Shown here one piece after another: positions 58,398-64,000 of a stretch of DNA of 64,000 bases. Under the pieces are notes generated by a model. The model did no database searches and was not told the DNA's origin. It saw only the letters and a list, made by a program, of their open reading frames with translations. Position numbers and translations under genes: made by a program. The stretch lies in the NCBI GenBank assembly GCA_031551645.1, contig JAVBNI010000007.1:3887-67886 (forward strand). Reading direction: 5' to 3'. The DNA is from Bacteroidales bacterium (GTDB lineage: Bacteria > Bacteroidota > Bacteroidia > Bacteroidales > UBA4181). Within the stretch, counting starts at the first letter, position 1; the number at the start of each line of letters is the position of its first letter.

Positions 58398-58432
58398 CTC
58401 AATTCTCAATTCTCAACTGTCAACTGTCAATT
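58398..58432 (+). repeat. Five tandem heptamers CTCAATT CTCAATT CTCAACT GTCAACT GTCAATT
   Basis: Read directly. It lies in the divergent spacer between the PorW-like gene and the GNAT fusion gene. Confidence 0.85.
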
Positions 58433-58509
58433 ACTTATGTATTTTTGTATTGAATAAACATCGATTTCATACAAGAACACAACCAAACATCAATATTATC
58501 CACAGATAT

Positions 58510-59451
58510 ATGTTGCGACCATTCATCCTTTCTGATCTTGAACAGACAGTCTCTCTTTTCACGCAAACAGTGCATATTGTCAGCAGTAGTTACTACTCTC
58601 CTGAAGAAGTAGAAGCTTGGGCGCCATCGCATCCTGACATGAACACATGGTGTGATTTTTTTTCGGACAGGTATACCTTAGTGATGGATGTAGAGGGAAA
58701 AATCGTAGGTTTTGGCTGCCTGGGCATAGCCGGAAATACAATCGACATGCTGTTTACACACCACGAACACCAGTGCGAGGGTTATGGTTCGGCCATTTTA
58801 AGCGCCCTGGAAACAGAAGCCCTGCAACGCGGGCACAATGAAGTGTTCCTCACCACAAGCGCTACAGCATGGCCATTTTACCAAAAACGCGGCTATACTT
58901 ATTGCCAGAGTGAGAAAAAAACATACGGAACAATCGTATTCGACTGCCAAATATTACATAAAGCATTACCTGTGTTTCCCGACATACGGCGAAAAGACCG
59001 GGTTTTGGAAAATGACCGGGCAATGGAATTACTTGAAAGAGGCGAATACGGGTTCCTTGCCATGAATGGTATCAATGGATACGGATATGGGATTCCTATC
59101 AGTTATGTACTTTCGGGAAAAAGTATTTATTTCCATTGTGCTCCCGATGGTTTCAAATTGAAAAGTATCCGGCACGACAATCGTGTGAGTTTTTGTGTAG
59201 TAGGTCGTACTCATGTTATTCCGGGACAGTTTACCACTGCCTATGAAAGCGCTCTGGTTTTCGGACATATGGTATATGATCTGTCGGAAGAAGAACGTCG
59301 AAAAGCTTTGGATTTGCTCGTCGAAAAGTATTGTCCCGACCACATCGATATATCAAAGACATATATCAACAAATCATTCCATCGAACTTATATTTTGCGT
59401 TTGGATATCGAGCATCTTTCAGGAAAACGTAAGTTGGATGTGGTGAAGTAA
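58510..59451 (+). CDS. Fusion protein: GNAT N-acetyltransferase + pyridoxamine 5'-phosphate oxidase-family (FMN-binding split-barrel) domain
   Basis: The N-terminal ~150 aa carry the GNAT motif A (HHEHQCEGYGSAIL). The C-terminal ~160 aa (AMELLERGEYGFLAM..YFHCA..G.K...I..N.RVSFCVV) fit a Pyridox_ox_2-like pattern. The start is taken at ATG 58510. Confidence 0.7.
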   Translation: MLRPFILSDLEQTVSLFTQTVHIVSSSYYSPEEVEAWAPSHPDMNTWCDFFSDRYTLVMDVEGKIVGFGCLGIAGNTIDMLFTHHEHQCEGYGSAILSALETEALQRGHNEVFLTTSATAWPFYQKRGYTYCQSEKKTYGTIVFDCQILHKALPVFPDIRRKDRVLENDRAMELLERGEYGFLAMNGINGYGYGIPISYVLSGKSIYFHCAPDGFKLKSIRHDNRVSFCVVGRTHVIPGQFTTAYESALVFGHMVYDLSEEERRKALDLLVEKYCPDHIDISKTYINKSFHRTYILRLDIEHLSGKRKLDVVK

Positions 59452-59544
59452 TTGAAATATTTCATACATTTGACCCATCATAGCATCACAAGAAGTAGAC
59501 ATGAAAAATATTATCTGCTTTGCTGGTGCAATAAGTAAGTAAAA

Positions 59545-60087
59545 ATGAAAGTCGCTGGTTTTCTTTTTTTTGTATTCGTTACCGGATGGTGTTTGTGGAG
59601 TTGCGAAAAGAGCAGTTCCTACTCGGAAATACCCGAAATCCACTTTCAAAAATTAGTTCTTGAAACAGACGGAATAGACCCATTGGATAACCCTCTGAAA
59701 ACCGCCACCGTAACTTTTTCCTTTGCCGATGGGGACGGGGATATTGGAACGCCAATAGGATACAAAGATACCAGTTCGATATGCTACACTTGGTATAAAA
59801 AAATGCCGAACGGGGAATACGAAAAATATATATTCCCCGATACAAAAATTACTACAGTAAAGAAAGAAATTCCCTTCAAGGATGTGATGTACCGCGACGA
59901 GGCCCAAAACAAACTCCTGAGAGGAACGATCAAGGCGATTTTTAGTACTCCGCTCGGATCTCCGGCTGGAATGGATACCGTCCGTATCGAGTTTTACATT
60001 ACCGACCGTGCACAGCATAAAAGCAATGTCGAATACACTCCCGATTTCAGCTTTCTGGATGAATACGTCGAAATCGAAGAACAGTAA
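59545..60087 (+). CDS. Lipoprotein, function unknown
   Basis: Signal ..VTGWCLWSCEKSS. 180 aa. I recognise no motif. Confidence 0.55.
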   Translation: MKVAGFLFFVFVTGWCLWSCEKSSSYSEIPEIHFQKLVLETDGIDPLDNPLKTATVTFSFADGDGDIGTPIGYKDTSSICYTWYKKMPNGEYEKYIFPDTKITTVKKEIPFKDVMYRDEAQNKLLRGTIKAIFSTPLGSPAGMDTVRIEFYITDRAQHKSNVEYTPDFSFLDEYVEIEEQ

Positions 60088-60106
60088 CCCCACTCCTTTT
60101 GCTATC

Positions 60107-60213
60107 GCTCATGAGACCGCTTCGCCTAAGTTCGCCGAGCTAAAGGTTCTCAATTACCTACGGTGAGACCGCTAACGCTAAGTTCTTAATTTTTAACTCT
60201 TAATTCTTAATTT
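60107..60213. repeat. Composite intergenic repeat block (GAGACCGCT..GCTAAGTTC x2, TTCGCCGAGCTAAAGGTTCTCAATT, TTAATTTTTAACTCTTAATTCTTAATTT)
   Basis: Its sub-modules recur at 24512-24552, 34100-34123 and 58380-58404, and inverted at 44955-44978 and 48793-48826. Confidence 0.75.
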
Positions 60214-60763
60214 CCTTGGTGACGTCTTCGCTGAGCGGATTAACTTTGGAAGAATAGAATTTCAGTAAGTTGCCGTTTTCGTCTATCAGGTATTTGCAAA
60301 AATTCCAGGAAGGCTCGTCGGTATTCCAACCATTTTTATTTTTATCAGTAAGCCACTGGTAAACTACGTTTTTATCCTTTCCTTTGACACTCGACTTATC
60401 CATCATCAGGAAAGTAACCCCGTAATTCTTCTGGCAAAACTCGGCAATTTCCTCGTTCGACCCGGGTTCCTGTTTCCCGAAATCGTTGGACGGAAACCCG
60501 ACAACGATCAGTTTTCCGGCATATTGGGTGGCCAAAGTTTGTAAATCGGCATATTGGGGAGTAAATCCGCATTTTGAAGCCGTATTAACGATCAATACTT
60601 TTTTACCTTTAAATGTCGAAAAATCAACTTTTTTACCATCCAAAGACGTAAAACTCAAGTTATAGAAACTTTCTTTTGCTTTTTTGTCCTGTGCGCTGGA
60701 AGTAACCTGCACACCCAAAAGCAATATCGAAAAACATATGGTAAACTGTTTAACCTGCTTCAT
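60200..60763 (-). CDS. Glutathione peroxidase family protein (Cys-type)
   Basis: NTASKCGFTPQY, FPSNDFGKQEPG and WNFCKYL. Signal peptide present. Confidence 0.9.
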   Translation of the reverse strand: MKQVKQFTICFSILLLGVQVTSSAQDKKAKESFYNLSFTSLDGKKVDFSTFKGKKVLIVNTASKCGFTPQYADLQTLATQYAGKLIVVGFPSNDFGKQEPGSNEEIAEFCQKNYGVTFLMMDKSSVKGKDKNVVYQWLTDKNKNGWNTDEPSWNFCKYLIDENGNLLKFYSSKVNPLSEDVTKEIKN

Positions 60764-60779
60764 GATTTCTAATTTTTAA

Positions 60780-61850
60780 TTATTTATTTTTGTATAATAG
60801 AGAAATATTTTCATTCGACGGTCCGACCGGCTCCTGCTGGCTCAGGCAATGAAAACTACCGAATCCCCAGACGATATCCGTTGAGTCGATCCCCACGATA
60901 CGCCGCCCGGGAATACACGATTCAAGTATCTGCAGGGCTTTATCATCCTGTTTGCAATTGAAAGTCGGTACAATTACTGCATCATTGGTAAAATAAAAAT
61001 TGGCATACGATGCCGGAAGCCGTTGTCCTTCGTATACCACCGGTGCGGGCATGGGTAATTCGATAATATTAAGCTGACGGCCGTTAAGCAATCGCATAGA
61101 TTTCAACGCTTGCAGATTTTCCTGCAAAGGTTGGTAATTGACATCATTCTTATCCGGCTCCACAACAGTTACTACCGTATCGGGATTAATGAAACGGGTA
61201 ATATCGTCCACATGACCATCGGTATCGTCTCCGGCAATGCCATCGCCCAGCCATAGTACCTGCGCAACGCCATAATAATCATGCAAGTATTGTTCTATCC
61301 GCTTTTGTGTCAATTGCGGATTGCGATTGAGATTCAACAAACATGCACGGGTAGTAAGCAATGTGCCTTCCCCGTTGAATTCCACTGAACCGCCTTCCAT
61401 CACAATTCCCGGATGATAAACGGATAACCCCAAATCGACAGCAATATTTCCCGCTATCTTGTTATCGGCCTCGTACGGGTATTTCCCACCCCAGGCATTG
61501 AACTCCCAATCGACTATTGCCTTTTTTCGTTCCGGTTCATCTTTTACCACAAAAGCAGGACCATGGTCGCGACACCATACATCGTTGCTTTCACGTGTAT
61601 AAGAGCAAATAGGATGATATTGCAACAACGGAACAATCATCCGGTTAAAATCTTCCAGCGCTGCTTTGGATACATTGACTTTAACATCTTCGCTTCTGCT
61701 TATTTCAGTAATAAAACGTAAATACGAAGGAAAAACCTGTTCCAGTTTCCCCGGAAAGGATTCATCGTTGTATGGCCAAGTTAACCAAGTGGCTTCGTGT
61801 GGTTCCCATTCGGCTGGAAACCTGTAACCGTCTTCAAAGGGTGTATTCAT
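60780..61850 (-). CDS. aguA: Agmatine deiminase family protein
   Basis: FPAEWEPHEATWLTWP, WCRDHGP, GDDTDGHVDD and a C-terminal GSFHCLSQQ (catalytic Cys). Confidence 0.85.
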   Translation of the reverse strand: MNTPFEDGYRFPAEWEPHEATWLTWPYNDESFPGKLEQVFPSYLRFITEISRSEDVKVNVSKAALEDFNRMIVPLLQYHPICSYTRESNDVWCRDHGPAFVVKDEPERKKAIVDWEFNAWGGKYPYEADNKIAGNIAVDLGLSVYHPGIVMEGGSVEFNGEGTLLTTRACLLNLNRNPQLTQKRIEQYLHDYYGVAQVLWLGDGIAGDDTDGHVDDITRFINPDTVVTVVEPDKNDVNYQPLQENLQALKSMRLLNGRQLNIIELPMPAPVVYEGQRLPASYANFYFTNDAVIVPTFNCKQDDKALQILESCIPGRRIVGIDSTDIVWGFGSFHCLSQQEPVGPSNENISLLYKNK

Positions 61851-61866
61851 GGAAAATGTTTAAAAT

Positions 61867-62778
61867 TTAAGACTCAAAAATAGCTACTTCACGATATATT
61901 TGTTCCAGTTCGGATGAACTAATGCGATCGAAATCATTTTTTCGCGATGTTACCACCACTCCAGCCATATCAAGCGCCCCGGGACTGATCAACATTTGCG
62001 TATCGCCTTCTGCAAAATAACAATCAGGACGATGTTTGCGCCGGGGAATCATACATAACTGCCATAAATTATCTGTATATCTGCAAAAAATATTCATCAT
62101 AGGCTCATCATCAGATCCTTTCCTTTGGTATTTTTTGTAGATTTCACCAAAACAAGAAGATATTTCATCCGTATCGTTGCCGGTCAACCATATTTGGCGA
62201 CCTGAAAAACCGGCAATTTCCAATTGTATGGCCTTTTCATGGGTAAAAAGACGATCCGCCATTTGCTCCAATGCAGTATACCCTTTTTCAACTGCCTGGA
62301 AATGGAAATGGTCCGGCGCAGATGCTCCACATCGTGACCCGTTATACAATACCAGAAATCCATCAAGGTATTTTGCCAGTGCAAGCATATCGGTAATTCT
62401 TCCATCAATAGTTTGTCCGACATGCATTTTATCCGCGATGGTAAGATGATAAGGAAGAATAGGATAAGGGTTGATCAAGATGGAATAATTTTTCCAAGGT
62501 ACATCGATTTGCCCGGATGGTCGGTTTTCCACACACAAGAAACAAGGCCGCCGGCTGACGGATAAATTATCTACTTTGGCATGGGTAGAAAAAGCCCGTT
62601 TCGGATTGAATTGTACCTGCACCTCAATGCCGCTTATCTGCATTTTTTTGATAAAAAGACGTTTTAAATCATCAAAATGCGAACGAGCTTCGGGCCAAAG
62701 TTCCCATTGCCGGTCTAAAAAAGAAGATATTTCACTGTTCGATATCATGATTACCCCGTCAACAATAGAATGATGCAA
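61867..62778 (-). CDS. DUF4922-like protein (HIT/GalT-like HxHxQ nucleotidyl-phosphorylase fold)
   Basis: The GASAPDHFHFQAV motif. ~300 aa. The family name is from memory. The start is uncertain (M1 or M11). Confidence 0.6.
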   Translation of the reverse strand: MHHSIVDGVIMISNSEISSFLDRQWELWPEARSHFDDLKRLFIKKMQISGIEVQVQFNPKRAFSTHAKVDNLSVSRRPCFLCVENRPSGQIDVPWKNYSILINPYPILPYHLTIADKMHVGQTIDGRITDMLALAKYLDGFLVLYNGSRCGASAPDHFHFQAVEKGYTALEQMADRLFTHEKAIQLEIAGFSGRQIWLTGNDTDEISSCFGEIYKKYQRKGSDDEPMMNIFCRYTDNLWQLCMIPRRKHRPDCYFAEGDTQMLISPGALDMAGVVVTSRKNDFDRISSSELEQIYREVAIFES

Positions 62779-62882
62779 TAAAACCTTAATCTGCTTACAA
62801 GTCTTATCACAAATTTATTGTTGCAAAAGTAAACCTATTTAACGTCAATTTGTTCTGAAACAACTATTATTTTGACTTAATA

Positions 62883-62946
62883 GTGACGGGTGACTTTCAT
62901 GGTGACAAGTGACGGGTGACATGTCACAAAAAACGTCACCCGTCAC
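62883..62946. repeat. GTGACGGGTGAC x2 direct repeat plus inverted GTCACCCGTCAC (12-bp perfect hairpin)
   Basis: 62883-62894 and 62909-62920 are direct copies. 62935-62946 is the reverse complement. The loop is atgtcacaaaaaac. Confidence 0.85.
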
Positions 62947-63131
62947 CATTTAATGGTTCTTCGTCATCCTGTTGCGGCAGTGTTCCGATTTGCCCGATAT
63001 TTTTGCCGGTAACCGAAACGCGCCGAATTGTTTGCGGGCATTCAGCCATTGCCGTATGATTACAAGTATTATCCGCCGGCACTCATGATAATGCCTCTCC
63101 AAACGATCATTAGTAAAAGGATAGGTCAAAA

Positions 63132-63992
63132 TTATTTTAATTGTGATGTCCACGAACCAAAGAAATAGTGAATGGCAAATGCCTTTTCTACTTTTTCTTC
63201 TATATTTTGTGTTATCTGGTTATTGGTTATCATTTGTACTTCCTTAATTGTCAAAGGGGCAACTAATTCTGCCGGTAACAGGGTAACCTCTTCTTTTCTG
63301 GGATAGTTCTCGTAAATCCGGGTAACCATGAACGGACCGGTGGTATCCATAATCCGCATGAATTTGCCGGGTAATTGTTTTTTTTCGTTGGTCATGTCTT
63401 CGATGATCATCTTGAAATACGGATGGCCGGGGACGGATGCCATCAAAGCATTGCCGACAATAACAGGTTTGCCGCACCGGATGGTATTTGCCACCGGTTC
63501 TAACCCCATACAGCAGGTACTATCCCCCAAAAGCGTATCCAACGGTTCGATACATTCGTAATCCATATCGACATACAGTCCGCCGGTATGATACAGGATC
63601 AGGTAACGGATGGCATCCCAGCGTTCCACATCGAAAGGAAAAGCCCGGTAATACGGGATGAAATCCGGGAATGTCGACTGCAGAAAATCCTCGATGGCTT
63701 GTTTGTTCCAGAAACGGTATTCCCAATGGGGATGTTTTTCTTTCCATGATACTGACAGGGTGGTTAGATCGTTGGGCGGTCCGGCCGGATCTTCGTATAT
63801 CTGGTGGATGATCCGGGGGATCAGCATATTGTTCCCGTTTTTTTGAGCAATATCCGCCATACGTTTTTTGAGGAACAGGTATTCGTTGCTACTTGAAAGC
63901 GTGGGCATGGGCACATGGTGCTCCTGCGACTGGAAGTACAGGTCGGCCATTGTGTCGGCAACTACAAACGACGGATGAACGATTTCATCCAT
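63132..63992 (-). CDS. Glycosyltransferase with DXD sugar-binding region (GT32-like)
   Basis: IPRIIHQIY.., W...HP.WEYRFW, RYLILYHTGGLYVDMDYE. The true start may be an internal Met, or could lie beyond the window edge. Confidence 0.75.
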   Translation of the reverse strand: MDEIVHPSFVVADTMADLYFQSQEHHVPMPTLSSSNEYLFLKKRMADIAQKNGNNMLIPRIIHQIYEDPAGPPNDLTTLSVSWKEKHPHWEYRFWNKQAIEDFLQSTFPDFIPYYRAFPFDVERWDAIRYLILYHTGGLYVDMDYECIEPLDTLLGDSTCCMGLEPVANTIRCGKPVIVGNALMASVPGHPYFKMIIEDMTNEKKQLPGKFMRIMDTTGPFMVTRIYENYPRKEEVTLLPAELVAPLTIKEVQMITNNQITQNIEEKVEKAFAIHYFFGSWTSQLK

Positions 63993-64000
63993 TTCACCCA

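Noticed and set aside
60200-60763. Selenocysteine (TGA recoding) in the glutathione peroxidase
   Set aside because: The ORF is uninterrupted and the active-site residue reads as Cys (ASKCGFT), so no recoding is involved.
62950-63153. 67-aa minus-strand ORF downstream of the GT32-like gene
   Set aside because: It overlaps the GT gene's 3' end by 22 nt. It has no recognisable motif, a basic and odd composition, and no promoter-like box. It cannot be excluded as a small gene but is not supportable.
1-64000. Searched by eye for tRNA (T-loop GGTTCGAAT-type strings), rRNA, tmRNA/RNase P cores, CRISPR-like regularly spaced repeats, phage or defence-system gene sets, and toxin-antitoxin pairs
   Set aside because: None were found. 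The only regularly repeated sequences are the short tandem words and dispersed repeats reported above. They lack CRISPR-like unit length and spacer architecture.

Overview
This 64-kb chromosomal segment reads as a Bacteroidota (Bacteroidales-like) genome. Supporting signs are TAnnTTTG-type -7 promoter boxes, many lipoprotein and TonB-receptor type genes, and type IX secretion genes (PorX and a PorW/SprE-like lipoprotein). I can support about 52 protein-coding genes. Housekeeping genes include murA, aspS, miaA, tsaB, trxA, corA, galU and a 5-formyl-THF cyclo-ligase. Envelope and secretion genes include AsmA, an S41 protease, PorX and PorW/SprE-like. A GH3 + GH144-like pair suggests beta-1,2-glucan use. 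Regulators include TetR, AraC, an OmpR/HK pair, a very large multi-PAS hybrid kinase and a small winged-helix protein. There are also two MFS exporters and several DUF proteins. One apparently intact ISAs1-family insertion sequence is present (7385-8549). I saw no rRNA, tRNA, CRISPR array, prophage or recognisable defence island. I did not find a clear-cut novel multi-gene system. The best unexplained signals are small-scale. (1) A 14-codon leader ORF ending in R-V-R has a stop codon that overlaps an intrinsic terminator in front of a Mef/EntS-type exporter. (2) A 27-nt composite operator-like motif occurs on both sides of a membrane-protein/winged-helix operon. (3) Two copies of a 39-bp palindrome bracket a lone AAA ATPase gene. 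(4) A gap-free 78-bp dispersed repeat occurs twice. (5) Many intergenic spacers are filled with short-period (7-8 nt) tandem or palindromic words. (6) A plant-type glucuronokinase-like GHMP kinase sits next to GalU. All homology calls come from reading the translations and from remembered family motifs. No search was run.
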